This document shows, piece after piece, positions 9,813-20,026 of a stretch of 60,473 nucleotides of DNA. Source of the stretch: an uncultured archaeon. GTDB lineage: Archaea > EX4484-52 > JAADEF01. Position 1 is the stretch's first letter; each line of letters opens with the position of its first letter. The notes beneath the pieces are model-generated. The model had not been told where the DNA came from and made no database searches. It worked only from the letters and a program-made list of their open reading frames with translations. A program made the translations under genes and the position numbers. The stretch lies in assembly GCA_964407715.1 (NCBI GenBank), contig CAYOWP010000007.1, positions 1 through 60,473 of the forward strand. Reading direction: 5' to 3'.

Positions 9813-9868
9813 AACTAATTACACAGGTATGTAAACTTTAAATAATTTATTGAGATATCTTTGGTATG

Positions 9869-10124
9869 GGCATTGTCCAATAATTCTCCATTTGTTAAGC
9901 GGAAAAGTAACCTTTTAAAGAAGCGCATTAAAGTAGCGAACCTTAAAGATGACATGCTACAAAACCTGTAGTAATAGCGATTTCTTCCCGTTAACAATTT
10001 TTATCCATTCAAAATAATTGGTTAACAGGAAGCATAGCCCTATTCAAAAGGGTTAAACCGCTCTCATGCGCTTCTTTGAGAGGTTATGTTTCCGCTTAAC
10101 AATAAAGAGTTATTGGGTAATGCC
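9869..10124. mobile_element. MITE B (256 bp)
   Basis: TIRs GGCATTGTCCAATAATTCT / AGAGTTATTGGGTAATGCC. TSD TTTGGTATG / TTTGGCATG. Close reverse complement of 54162-54412. Confidence 0.9.
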
Positions 10125-10146
10125 TTTGGCATGATTCTTATGTGGT

Positions 10147-10766
10147 TGTTAACGCAAAATATCACAGCATGCTAACCGCTTAGAAAGTTTATCTGCTCAC
10201 GAACTACTTTGAAAAAAGGTTAGCTGCTTACTATCACTTCATAGAGGTTAGCTGCTGTAATACGCAAAATGAAAAAGGTATGTTTTCCCTTAACCATTTT
10301 AAAAATTGGTTAAGGGGAAGATATTGCTATCACAGACGTATCGCGGCATCGTAACCGCCTTTTAAAAAGATTAACTGCTCTAACGTAATTTCCTGGTATG
10401 GAATGTTTTCCCTTAACCATTTTTATCATTGGTTAATAAGAGGAAATCGCCAATACAAAGGTATTGAAGTGTGTTAACCTTTTCTTGAAGGTTACCTGCT
10501 TCATACACGCGTATAAAAGGTTAGCTGCTGCAAAAATGCTCTCGTAAAGGTTATGTTTTCCCTTAACCATTTATATGGTTTCTCAATAACGCATGCTTTT
10601 GCTTAACCATTTTCAAAAACAAAAAAAGTGTTAACTGGAAGCATAGCCTATAGAGAAAACGTGTTGTGGTATGGTACTACTTGAAAGAGGTTTAGAAGCA
10701 GCTAACCTTGAAAAAGGTTAACTGCTGTGATGTGGTCAATCAAAGGGTCATGTTTCACGTTAACCA
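10147..10766. repeat. Palindromic-unit tandem array 1 (4 units plus 1 collapsed)
   Basis: Units bounded by (TG)GTTAA...TTAACCA at about 10147-10296, 10307-10419, 10430-10569 and 10629-10766, with internal AGGTTAGCTGC motifs. Confidence 0.85.
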
Positions 10767-10806
10767 AAAATACAGGTTTTTTTGCGATACCTATAATACT
10801 TGAGCA

Positions 10807-12693
10807 CTATTCTGGCAAATTCATTAATTTAAGTATGGGCTCAATAAGTAGATTATTAACTTTATAATAAAGCGTTCTATAGAAGATATAGGTAGTGGCA
10901 TCCTTAAAGGATGTTATGTAAGGTTTGCCAAATCTCCATTTTAATGAATGACCAAAGATTTTATCTTCTAAGAAAGAAATAAATTTATTCTCACGGAAAT
11001 TCTTCACATGATAGAAATTTTCCTTATCAAAGATGTAATAAAACTCATTTTTGCTCATCTCACATCCTCTTCTTAAATCCTCTTCCGTTATATTCCTTTC
11101 TTTTAATCTCCTCCTTGTTTCCTCTATTCTCTCTCTATGAATCTTGTACACCCAAGTATTTGGAGAGGCATATATCCATTTTTCAGCAAAGCGAGGAGTA
11201 GGTATAAACTTACCTCCAGATTTGTAATAAGTTGCGATGCTTTTTCCTGGTATCCTGCTTATATGTCCTATAAACTCCTCTACTTCCATATCAAATTCCT
11301 TTGTATGCGCATCATTTTCAATGAGTTTAACTAAAACTGCATTATGGCTGAGAAGTATAGGATTGAATATAAAATCTATATCCTCTAATTCAATTGGGTG
11401 ATAAATGTCATTTTTGACTGTAACATGTGCAAAGATATAATATAGCACATATTTTCTTTTAGATAGGAATCCCCATGCCTTTCTTGCAGAATCATCTGCA
11501 AATTCCTTTGTGATCCACGGATAATCAGCTAACAATCCATAATCATAGTTGAACACAAGATTTTCCTGGGTCCATTTATTATAAGGATTCAAAGGATCAT
11601 CATAATAAGGTTCATGAGGATTTGCTGAGAAATCATATCTTGATAAAGATTTACGATATTCCATTCTATCCCAGGGAAGTATCAAATCCTTTATAATCCA
11701 TAATGTCCCAATATATCTGTATATTCCTGTTATTTGAGTAAATCTTGGAAATTTCTTGTAATGATATTGCCCTGCGGGTGATGAAGTTGATAAATCATGT
11801 CTCATCCTTAATGCTTTCAATCTTATTATATGTGGCTTTACCCATTCTTTGAACTCTTCCAGAGTTTTTTCTCTACTTCTTTTTAATTCTTCTAATCTTT
11901 TTAATCTTGTTTCCACAGCCTCTTTGAAGAGAGTTAACCACTCCTGGAATGCCTTAAACTTGGTGATAAGAACATTTCTCTCTGCTCCAGATATCTTTTT
12001 TTGCTTATATAAGAGTTCATCAATATCCTCTATCCTTTCTATCTCAAGAAAATCATCAACAATTGTTGGCATTAAATTGTTGTTTCTTAAAAATGCCATT
12101 GAGAACCTTCCAGGTCCCTGACCAATAGAGCCTACATGATAATCAACCTGCTCAACAAAAATCATCTTTAGAACCCTATCTGCTAATTTTTTTCTCTTTT
12201 TTCCTTCTTCATCATCCTCAGGAGGATTTGAAAAATAATCATCAATATATCTTTTATATTCCTTGTATTTTCTGATATCATGCTCCAATAACTCGAGATC
12301 TGCAACACTTTGAGAAATTGTAACTAAACCCTGCTTAATCTTTGCTTCCAATTGCTCTTCTTGATGCTCCAACATTTGCATGAATTTTTGATGAGTAGGA
12401 TTACCAAATGATATTTCCTCATCAAATTTTATTATGAGAGCATCGCTATATGCGACTGAGATTGTGAGATATGCCCAAAACGATGAAAATCTTCCAGGAT
12501 ATGTGCTTGGATTGATATCGATGTTATGATAATTATCAGGATATAAAGCGATCATTCTTCCTCTAAATTTACCTGTCCATGTTAAATCTGACATTTCTCC
12601 ATGTCCTCCTGAAGATGGATCATCTATTAAATATTCATCTCTCAACATGAATCCTTTTCCTTCCTTAATCCATTGCTCTATTCTAAGAACCAT
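10807..12693 (-). CDS. Hypothetical protein with coiled-coil segments (628 aa)
   Basis: Long ORF with host-like composition and no motif I recognise. Confidence 0.8.
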   Translation of the reverse strand: MVLRIEQWIKEGKGFMLRDEYLIDDPSSGGHGEMSDLTWTGKFRGRMIALYPDNYHNIDINPSTYPGRFSSFWAYLTISVAYSDALIIKFDEEISFGNPTHQKFMQMLEHQEEQLEAKIKQGLVTISQSVADLELLEHDIRKYKEYKRYIDDYFSNPPEDDEEGKKRKKLADRVLKMIFVEQVDYHVGSIGQGPGRFSMAFLRNNNLMPTIVDDFLEIERIEDIDELLYKQKKISGAERNVLITKFKAFQEWLTLFKEAVETRLKRLEELKRSREKTLEEFKEWVKPHIIRLKALRMRHDLSTSSPAGQYHYKKFPRFTQITGIYRYIGTLWIIKDLILPWDRMEYRKSLSRYDFSANPHEPYYDDPLNPYNKWTQENLVFNYDYGLLADYPWITKEFADDSARKAWGFLSKRKYVLYYIFAHVTVKNDIYHPIELEDIDFIFNPILLSHNAVLVKLIENDAHTKEFDMEVEEFIGHISRIPGKSIATYYKSGGKFIPTPRFAEKWIYASPNTWVYKIHRERIEETRRRLKERNITEEDLRRGCEMSKNEFYYIFDKENFYHVKNFRENKFISFLEDKIFGHSLKWRFGKPYITSFKDATTYIFYRTLYYKVNNLLIEPILKLMNLPE

Positions 12694-12757
12694 ATATATA
12701 ATAAATGCTGAGGAGGTTAATATATTTGAGGTTATTGTCGTGGGCTTTCTCTTTTAA

Positions 12758-13005
12758 GGTATTGTCCAATAATTCTCCATTTGTTAAGCGGAAAAGTAAC
12801 CTCTTAAAAAGCACATTGGAGCAGCAAACCTTATGGAGCTAATGCAATTGTAGGAGCAAATTTTTTCGTTAACAAACCATCATCAAAAAATTATTGGACA
12901 ATTTGTTAATGGAAAGTTAGCCTATTCAAAGGGTTAACTGCTCTCATGCGCTTGTTTGAGAGGTTAAGTTTCCGCTTAACAAATAGAGAATTATTGGACA
13001 AAGCC
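12758..13005. mobile_element. MITE C (248 bp)
   Basis: GGTATTGTCCAATAATTCT ... AGAATTATTGGACAAAGCC with perfect 9-bp TSD CTCTTTTAA (12749-12757 and 13006-13014). Near-identical to 22345-22591. Confidence 0.93.
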
Positions 13006-13070
13006 CTCTTTTAATCAATAACATTAGATTTAAAAACTTTACTAAAATGAAATAATAGAAATATATTGGA

Positions 13071-14366
13071 TTGAATCTCAAATTTAAGAATGGTGATGGC
13101 TATATGAAGGTATATAGAGAGGGTTTAAATCCACTAAGGGAGATGTACTCCAAATGTGGTAATTATTTGAAGAGGGAGATATATAAGAAGATGGTATTTG
13201 TATTGGCTTCTTCTTTATGTGTTGGAGGATGTAGCTCAGTTGTCATAAATAAGATTGGACCTCAATATACACCACAGAAAGTTAAGATTACTGAGGAAAA
13301 AATAAAAGAAAAAAGCATTCTTATCGAAGATATTCTTAAAAAATATAACAATCTTTATCGATGCAGCATCCCTTATGATAATAAATATTTCATAAAACCT
13401 ATAAGGGTTGATATATATTCTCCTGAGAAGCATGAAAGAATTGAGATTCCTACAGAGGAATCTCTTTGGGCTCTCTATCGCAATAGAGCAGATCCAAAGA
13501 GTCTTAGAGAGTGTATATTGGGAGAAACTTTTAAAAAAATATATGACAGGATAAGAAAAGAAGAATACTCTATTTTCGATAAAAAGGAGAATTTATATTT
13601 TTCTTATGTGAATATATTTGGTGTAGAAGATGGAGTTATTGCTCTCTTTAATAATAAACCACGATACAAAGGATTAACATACATGGTATTACATAAAGAG
13701 GGTAAGTATTATCAACATATATATTTACCTTCAGAAGATAACTCGATAAATATAATATATTGCTCAGATAAACCTGTAAACGGATTAATCAGTGGTACAA
13801 TTGCAGGAATCAGTTACGGATTGATTGCTCATGTATCTCTCGCACCAATAATTTCCATTCCAGAAGCATTAAAAAAGTTCTTTTTGGAATATAATATATC
13901 CGAAAATATAAAAGGAAAATTGGAAGATATGAAGGTAGGCATAGGAACAGTAATATATGAAAAGCCACGAGATCTTCTTAAGGCATTTTCTCAGATAGCA
14001 TATATATATGGATCAGGAAATTCTGATAATAATTTGAAGATGATAGTTGCGGAGAATAAGAAATCTCTTATGGTTTATATAGGTAAAAGAGATTTATCTG
14101 TAAGGGAAATTAAAATGAGAAAAAATAATAAACAAATATTTGCTTTAGTTCGATACGAAAATGTTGGTGGAGAGCTAACTCCTGAACAACATATAGTCTC
14201 GGACGTTATGTTAGGAGCTATTATTGGTAAGATTCTTGAGAGGACTGTAAAAGAAAACACTAAAGAAAAGAAGATATTAATAATCAAAGAAAAGGAAAAG
14301 AAGAAGAGTCCTATTTTTGGTCCCGGAAGTGGAAGTGATGAAGGGGGTAATGTGATAGGACCATAG
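13071..14366 (+). CDS. Hypothetical exported or membrane-associated protein
   Basis: 431-aa ORF. The hydrophobic stretch ending in GGCS is lipobox-like. The true start is probably downstream. Confidence 0.7.
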   Translation: MNLKFKNGDGYMKVYREGLNPLREMYSKCGNYLKREIYKKMVFVLASSLCVGGCSSVVINKIGPQYTPQKVKITEEKIKEKSILIEDILKKYNNLYRCSIPYDNKYFIKPIRVDIYSPEKHERIEIPTEESLWALYRNRADPKSLRECILGETFKKIYDRIRKEEYSIFDKKENLYFSYVNIFGVEDGVIALFNNKPRYKGLTYMVLHKEGKYYQHIYLPSEDNSINIIYCSDKPVNGLISGTIAGISYGLIAHVSLAPIISIPEALKKFFLEYNISENIKGKLEDMKVGIGTVIYEKPRDLLKAFSQIAYIYGSGNSDNNLKMIVAENKKSLMVYIGKRDLSVREIKMRKNNKQIFALVRYENVGGELTPEQHIVSDVMLGAIIGKILERTVKENTKEKKILIIKEKEKKKSPIFGPGSGSDEGGNVIGP

Positions 14367-14384
14367 AGATAAAGAGGGAAAATT

Positions 14385-17300
14385 ATGCCATTAAAGAAAA
14401 ATCACCTTTTTCATTTGCTAAAGAAAAGAATGATTATATTAAGTATATTGATATTATTTATATTGCCTACTTATGTATCTGCTGGTGATTTATTTAAGAG
14501 ATATGAGATAATATATTCTCCAAGCATAACCTCAAATACAATGAAAATTTTTGGATATGAATGTCTGAATGATGCATGTTCTGACATGGATGAAACAAAA
14601 GTGAAAATCTACAAGATAGAAGCATGGGAAAACTGCATAAATACTAGCGATGAATATGATGAAGAGAGCTTTGAAGAATGTGTATCACAATATGAGCTTC
14701 TTAAAGAACAGCCTATTGAGATAACTCAAAATCAAAAAATAGTGGTAAGATATATAGGTGCAGAATCCCAAAAGAAGTTTGCGACATATTATTTTGCGAA
14801 GGATTATATAGGATATGTTAATGTCTTTACCGTGGGTTCATGTGAATATAAGTATTGTATTGATAACGCAATTACACAGATAAAGATTGAGAAATTAGAT
14901 AAAGTTGAATTTCAGATAGAGAACTTCCAAGTTGAGAATATGCATAATGAGTCTCAACCATTAAGAATAAATGTGCCTATTAAGGTCTCTTCTGAGATAT
15001 GCAATACATTGAGATTCAACAATCTTGTAGGGTATTATCCTTCTGAAGATGGAGAATATGTGGACTATAGCATAGATGGAATACTACATCTAAACATAAA
15101 TCAGAACAATGCAGAGGTATATTATGCGCAGAAGAAGATTAGCATTGAAGCCTCGGCATGCAGCAGCGAGATAACATTTTCATGGACTCCTTCACAAACC
15201 GGGAACCTTGAGGTTGTGCTTAATGCTGAAACAAAAGATAGTAAGGTAATGCAAAATACAAACAGCACTGCAACAGCTCAGGTATATGTTTATGATTCCA
15301 GTGCTGCTTGCCAAACTGTATTAACGAATCTATATGTTACGGATGCTTCTGGAGATCCAAATATAAGAGATGATGAACAAATAAAGGTATCTTTTTCTTA
15401 TAATTCTCAAGTATATCTTTCATCCTCTGATATAAGACCCTCTAATACCATGGTAACTATAGAGATATTGGATAACAATGATCAAATAGTTAACACTAAA
15501 ACTCTTGAATTGTCATCTCAAAATACATTGAATTTGAAGAATTATGAGGAGATATTATCTGCTTTAAGTTCTGGAAAATATAAGGTTAGAGTAACAGCCA
15601 AAGCATCAGATTCACTATGCTCTCTTCTTGACCTTCCAAATATACCTGCAGTATTATCTCTTGATTTTAATGTTTACAAATCATTATACAAAGTTACTTT
15701 TCATGTAAAAGATGCCGTTACTTCATTGCCAATAGAAGGAGCACAAATCCAAATAGATAATAATAATTTAATAACTGATGAACATGGTATAGCCTCAATA
15801 GATTTACCTGAAGGAGATTACGCATATTGTGTATCCAAAGAAGGATATGAAAGTTTTTCCGGAAATATATATGACTTGAATCAAGATACGGACATCTATG
15901 TTTCCTTAATTCCTATATCTCTTCCACCTCAGAGTAATCCTCCTACAATTGATGAATTCAGTGCAAATACAACAAAAGGATATGCACCATTAAGTGTGAA
16001 ATTTACATATGCAGTATCAGATATTGATAATGATGTATTGACTTGTTACTTTGATTTTGATGGAGATGGTATATATGATAAAAGAATAGATAATTGTGTA
16101 TCAGGAGATATCATATATACATATCCAGATCAAGGGATCTATAATGCTAAGCTTATCGTTAGCGATGGAAGTAACACAGTGGAAAAGGCAATTAGAATAG
16201 AGGTATTGCCTCCATCCATTCCAACGATATTATTATTTGATGCAAATCCAAAGAGCGGATATTCTCCACTAAAAGTTACTTTTAAATTCAATGTTTCTGA
16301 TTCAGATGGAATCTTAAATATAACTTTATATTATGGGGATTCATCTCATACAACATGGGACATATCTGGAAGTAAAACCTATTTTTACAATGAAACCTCT
16401 CATACATATAATCATAAAGGAACATATAATGCAATATTGGAAGTATATAATGTTTTAGGCAATAAAGCAACAGCATCTATAGAGATCACAGTAAAGACTA
16501 AGCCATCAGGTGGCGGCGGTGGAGGAGGTAGTGGAAGAAGATCCACTCGTCATCATGGTGGTGGATATTTTGTTGTATCGAGATTGACATCAGATGATGT
16601 GTATATAAAGGATGTAGGCTTTCCATCAGAAGTGTACTTAGATGAGGATTATACTTTAAAAGTTATAATTAAAAACAATAGAAACAAGGAAATAAAGAAT
16701 TTGAAATTGAAGGTAAATATTGATGGTGTTTTTGAGAAGATTATTTCAGGTATACAACTAAAGGGAGAAGAGGAGAAAAATTATACTTTTTCAGTTAACA
16801 TAACTAAGGACAAATACATCAAAGGAAATACATATAAGATTGAGGTTACATTACTTCAGAATAATTATGTGATAGATAAAAAAGAAAGGAGTTTTATTGT
16901 AAAAGAGAGAATTCCAGAGGTGTATAATGTTAATATAAAGGACGTGTATAATGCAGACGAGCCAATAACATATAGTTTTTGTATAAGAAATTATGTTTCT
17001 AATGTTGTGAGAATATACATTGATAATATCCAAAAGAGAATACACACTTTAACTGGCAAGGACGAGACATGCGTACAAGGTTCCATAGGAAACACATTTG
17101 ATATAGGCAATCACACATTTACAATAGAAAACAAAAACTATAGGTTTAACTATACATTTAGAATTGAGAAGATAATTAAAATAGTAGATGTAAAGGCTCC
17201 AGATACTTTGGAAAAAGGAAAAACTTATAATATTGAGGTAACCATAGAAACTCAAATTCCATCAAAGGTTCATGCATTCCTATATGAGAATGGAGATTTA

Positions 17301-17546
17301 AAAGATAGTGTGGAGGCATTTATATCAGATAGAGAAAGTATAAAAATGAAATACACACCTCAAAGTACAGGAGTAAAGGAGATAAAGATTATTGCTCAGA
17401 ATGATGATGGTAACACAGCGCAATATACATTTAAAGTCAAGGTGATAGAGACATCTTTAACTGGAAAATTATTGAAATATGTGGCACCTGCTGCTGTTAT
17501 ATTAGGTATAATTGTTATATGCGCTCTTATATTTTATTTTCATTAG
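14385..17546 (+). CDS. Large cell-surface protein with PKD and CARDB/Ig-like domains
   Basis: Signal peptide, PKD motifs (GYAPLSVKF..DFDGDG..YTYPDQGIY and GYSPLKVTF..YGD..HTYNHKGTY), Gly-rich linker and C-terminal TM anchor. Confidence 0.85.
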   Translation: MPLKKNHLFHLLKKRMIILSILILFILPTYVSAGDLFKRYEIIYSPSITSNTMKIFGYECLNDACSDMDETKVKIYKIEAWENCINTSDEYDEESFEECVSQYELLKEQPIEITQNQKIVVRYIGAESQKKFATYYFAKDYIGYVNVFTVGSCEYKYCIDNAITQIKIEKLDKVEFQIENFQVENMHNESQPLRINVPIKVSSEICNTLRFNNLVGYYPSEDGEYVDYSIDGILHLNINQNNAEVYYAQKKISIEASACSSEITFSWTPSQTGNLEVVLNAETKDSKVMQNTNSTATAQVYVYDSSAACQTVLTNLYVTDASGDPNIRDDEQIKVSFSYNSQVYLSSSDIRPSNTMVTIEILDNNDQIVNTKTLELSSQNTLNLKNYEEILSALSSGKYKVRVTAKASDSLCSLLDLPNIPAVLSLDFNVYKSLYKVTFHVKDAVTSLPIEGAQIQIDNNNLITDEHGIASIDLPEGDYAYCVSKEGYESFSGNIYDLNQDTDIYVSLIPISLPPQSNPPTIDEFSANTTKGYAPLSVKFTYAVSDIDNDVLTCYFDFDGDGIYDKRIDNCVSGDIIYTYPDQGIYNAKLIVSDGSNTVEKAIRIEVLPPSIPTILLFDANPKSGYSPLKVTFKFNVSDSDGILNITLYYGDSSHTTWDISGSKTYFYNETSHTYNHKGTYNAILEVYNVLGNKATASIEITVKTKPSGGGGGGGSGRRSTRHHGGGYFVVSRLTSDDVYIKDVGFPSEVYLDEDYTLKVIIKNNRNKEIKNLKLKVNIDGVFEKIISGIQLKGEEEKNYTFSVNITKDKYIKGNTYKIEVTLLQNNYVIDKKERSFIVKERIPEVYNVNIKDVYNADEPITYSFCIRNYVSNVVRIYIDNIQKRIHTLTGKDETCVQGSIGNTFDIGNHTFTIENKNYRFNYTFRIEKIIKIVDVKAPDTLEKGKTYNIEVTIETQIPSKVHAFLYENGDLKDSVEAFISDRESIKMKYTPQSTGVKEIKIIAQNDDGNTAQYTFKVKVIETSLTGKLLKYVAPAAVILGIIVICALIFYFH

Positions 17547-18268
17547 AATTTTCTTGCAGATAACATGAAGGCAGTATGAGATAGCATTTCATTTTTTGGT
17601 CTAAGTGGCTTTATTTTCCAATCACGTAAGAGAATTTCCCTTACAGAAATCTCTATAAATCCTAACTTTTCAAGATTTTTGATTCCAATTGATAACTGCT
17701 CAATAACTGGCAAGTATAATACAACATACCCTCCAGGTTTTAGTGTATCATATGCTTTTTTTAAGTATCTCTCATGAATGCTATCTTTGAAATCAAACAA
17801 GACCAAATCAAAATGCTCAGTTAATGTATTCTCTATTATATCCCCAAATATTAGTTCTACGTTTTTAACATTGAAGAGATCCAGATTTTGTCTTGTTATA
17901 TCATAAAATCTCTTATCTTTTTCATAGGAAATAATCTTCTTTGCAAGAAAAGACAAAAACACAGTAGCATGTCCACTACCACTTCCAGCTTCCAAAATTA
18001 CCATATCCTTTTTAAGGAAAAACTTTCTCATGAGATAGCCGAGATCCTTTTCATGAATTATTTGAGCCCCTCTTTTAAATACCTTATCAAATAAATCAGT
18101 ATAATAAGGCTTTGTGATTACCACTTTTTTTCCTTGAGAAGTTGTTTTATATTTTGGAAGGGATTTTAAATCATCTTCGCTTACTTCTATTTTTCCTTCA
18201 TTGTATACATATCTACCTGGCGAATTTATAATGTATGTATTTCCTTCCTCTGTGATGATTAGATACAT
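17543..18268 (-). CDS. trmI: tRNA (adenine57/58-N1)-methyltransferase
   Basis: KRGAQIIHEKD, LEAGSGSG SAM motif, RP..EMLSHTAF. Confidence 0.88.
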   Translation of the reverse strand: MYLIITEEGNTYIINSPGRYVYNEGKIEVSEDDLKSLPKYKTTSQGKKVVITKPYYTDLFDKVFKRGAQIIHEKDLGYLMRKFFLKKDMVILEAGSGSGHATVFLSFLAKKIISYEKDKRFYDITRQNLDLFNVKNVELIFGDIIENTLTEHFDLVLFDFKDSIHERYLKKAYDTLKPGGYVVLYLPVIEQLSIGIKNLEKLGFIEISVREILLRDWKIKPLRPKNEMLSHTAFMLSARKF

Positions 18269-18285
18269 AACAATCCCTTAAAGCT

Positions 18286-19530
18286 CTAATACCTTCCATA
18301 ATCGAACCACTTATTGTATTCTTCAATAATAAGATTTAGATATTCCTCTTGAGTCATAATCTCATTTTTATTTTTAACCCTTAAGGAAATTTTGTTTTCT
18401 TTTACTTCCTTTTCACCTATTACCACTATATGAACATATTTTTTCTTCTCAGCATTCAGAATTCTCTTACTTAATGTTTTTTCTTTTGCTAATATATCAA
18501 CCTGAATCATCATTCTGGTAGCACTTTCTATTTTTTCTTTTAGATGTTTGGCAGCATCTATCTCCTCTTTTGTATTTTTAACAGGAATTATTGCGATTTG
18601 ATATGGTGCAAAAAGCAAAGGAAGCCTGCCTTGAAAATGCTCCAAAAGAACACCTATGAACCTCTCTAAGCTTCCAAGAATAGCACGGTGGATTATAAAT
18701 ACCCTTTCTTTTTTCCCGTTGTTTGCGTAGTAAGTCACATCAAATCTTTCAGGTAGGTTGAAATCTATCTGTATTGTTGAAAGCTGCCATAATCTTCCAA
18801 GCGAATCCTTAACCTCTACATCTATCTTTGGCCCATAAAAAGCACCTTCTCCCTCATTGATTTTGTAGTTTACTCCTTGCTCCTTTAATGCATCTTCCAT
18901 CATATTTTCTATTTCCCTCCATTCTTTTTCATCCCCTAAATGCTCCTCAGGCATTGTTGATAAAAAGAACTTCATTTCCTTTAGTCCAAACATCTTAAAT
19001 GTATAATTTATGAATTCGATAACCTCTCCTATTACCCCTTTTATTTGATTCTTTTTGACAAATATATGGGCATCATCTTGAGTGAAACTTCTTACCCTTA
19101 ACAATCCATTTAATACGCCGCTTAGCTCATGTCTATGTACAAATCCCAACTCAAACATTTTTAGAGGCAAATCCTTCTCAAATCTCCTTTTACTTTTGAA
19201 TATGAGAATGTGTGCAGGACAGTTCATTGGCTTTATACCCCATTCCTCTTCTATATCTTCCTTTTTTATATCAAACAGATAGATAAAGTTTGCATACATT
19301 TTTTTATGACCTGATATTTCCCAGATATCAGATTTATAAATCATAGGAGTTTTGACGCAGAGATATCCTCTTTTTTTATGCTCAAACTCTATCCATGTGG
19401 ATAGGTTTGAATAGATCTTATATCCTCTGGGTTTCCAGAATATATGTCCAGATCCAGCCATATCAAATGTATCAAATAACTCCAATTCTCTTCCTAACTC
19501 ATTATGGGTCATTTTATTATCCGATTTCAT
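18286..19530 (-). CDS. thrS: Threonine--tRNA ligase, bacterial-type catalytic and anticodon domains only
   Basis: KPMNCPAH, GLLRVRSFTQDDAH, GAFYGPKID, IHRAILGSLERF. At 414 aa it has no N-terminal TGS or editing domains. Confidence 0.95.
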   Translation of the reverse strand: MKSDNKMTHNELGRELELFDTFDMAGSGHIFWKPRGYKIYSNLSTWIEFEHKKRGYLCVKTPMIYKSDIWEISGHKKMYANFIYLFDIKKEDIEEEWGIKPMNCPAHILIFKSKRRFEKDLPLKMFELGFVHRHELSGVLNGLLRVRSFTQDDAHIFVKKNQIKGVIGEVIEFINYTFKMFGLKEMKFFLSTMPEEHLGDEKEWREIENMMEDALKEQGVNYKINEGEGAFYGPKIDVEVKDSLGRLWQLSTIQIDFNLPERFDVTYYANNGKKERVFIIHRAILGSLERFIGVLLEHFQGRLPLLFAPYQIAIIPVKNTKEEIDAAKHLKEKIESATRMMIQVDILAKEKTLSKRILNAEKKKYVHIVVIGEKEVKENKISLRVKNKNEIMTQEEYLNLIIEEYNKWFDYGRY

Positions 19531-19591
19531 AAGTAGATTAAATACACGATTAAATTTTTTAAATTTAACGCATAACCCTTTTATATATAAT

Positions 19592-19665
19592 GCCCAGGTG
19601 GTGTAGTCTGGATATCATACAGGACTGTCACTCCTGTGACCCGGGTTCAAATCCCGGCCTGGGCG
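19592..19665 (+). tRNA. tRNA-Asp(GTC)
   Basis: Cloverleaf with anticodon arm CAGGA-CTGTCAC-TCCTG and T-loop GTTCAAATC. Confidence 0.96.
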
Positions 19666-19686
19666 CTTATATTCTTCATAAGCAGA

Positions 19687-19761
19687 GGGCTGGTGGTCTA
19701 GCCTGGTTATGACGCCGCCCTTACAAGGCGGAGGTCCCCGGTTCAAATCCGGGCCGGCCCA
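19687..19761 (+). tRNA. tRNA-Val(TAC)
   Basis: Cloverleaf with anticodon arm CCGCC-CTTACAA-GGCGG. Confidence 0.96.
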
Positions 19762-19776
19762 TGATATCTCTCAGAA

Positions 19777-19972
19777 GGCTTTGTCCAATAATTCGATTCT
19801 TTATTGTTAACCGGAAATTTAACGCGCAAATAGCACTTATAGCGGTTTAACCCTTCATAGCGATTATGAAGCAAGTAACCTTTCAACAATGTTAACCTGC
19901 TCCAAAAACCCTTTGAATAAGACTATGCTTCCCGTTAACAAAATTTTTCAAACCACATTATTGGACAATGCC
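19777..19972. mobile_element. MITE D (196 bp)
   Basis: GGCTTTGTCCAATAATT ... ATTATTGGACAATGCC. TSD TCTCAGAA / TCTCACAA. Lies 15 bp downstream of tRNA-Val. Confidence 0.88.
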
Positions 19973-20026
19973 TCTCACAAAGAATAAATACTATCTTTTA
20001 AAATTTTTAAGGAATTTATATAAATT

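Noticed and set aside
9815-9997. 60-aa ORF, plus similar ORFs at 22063-22401 and 26036-26266
   Set aside because: These are chance reading frames through the repeats. The shared peptide FKRLLFRLTN reflects the MITE end, and the frame is not kept in other copies.
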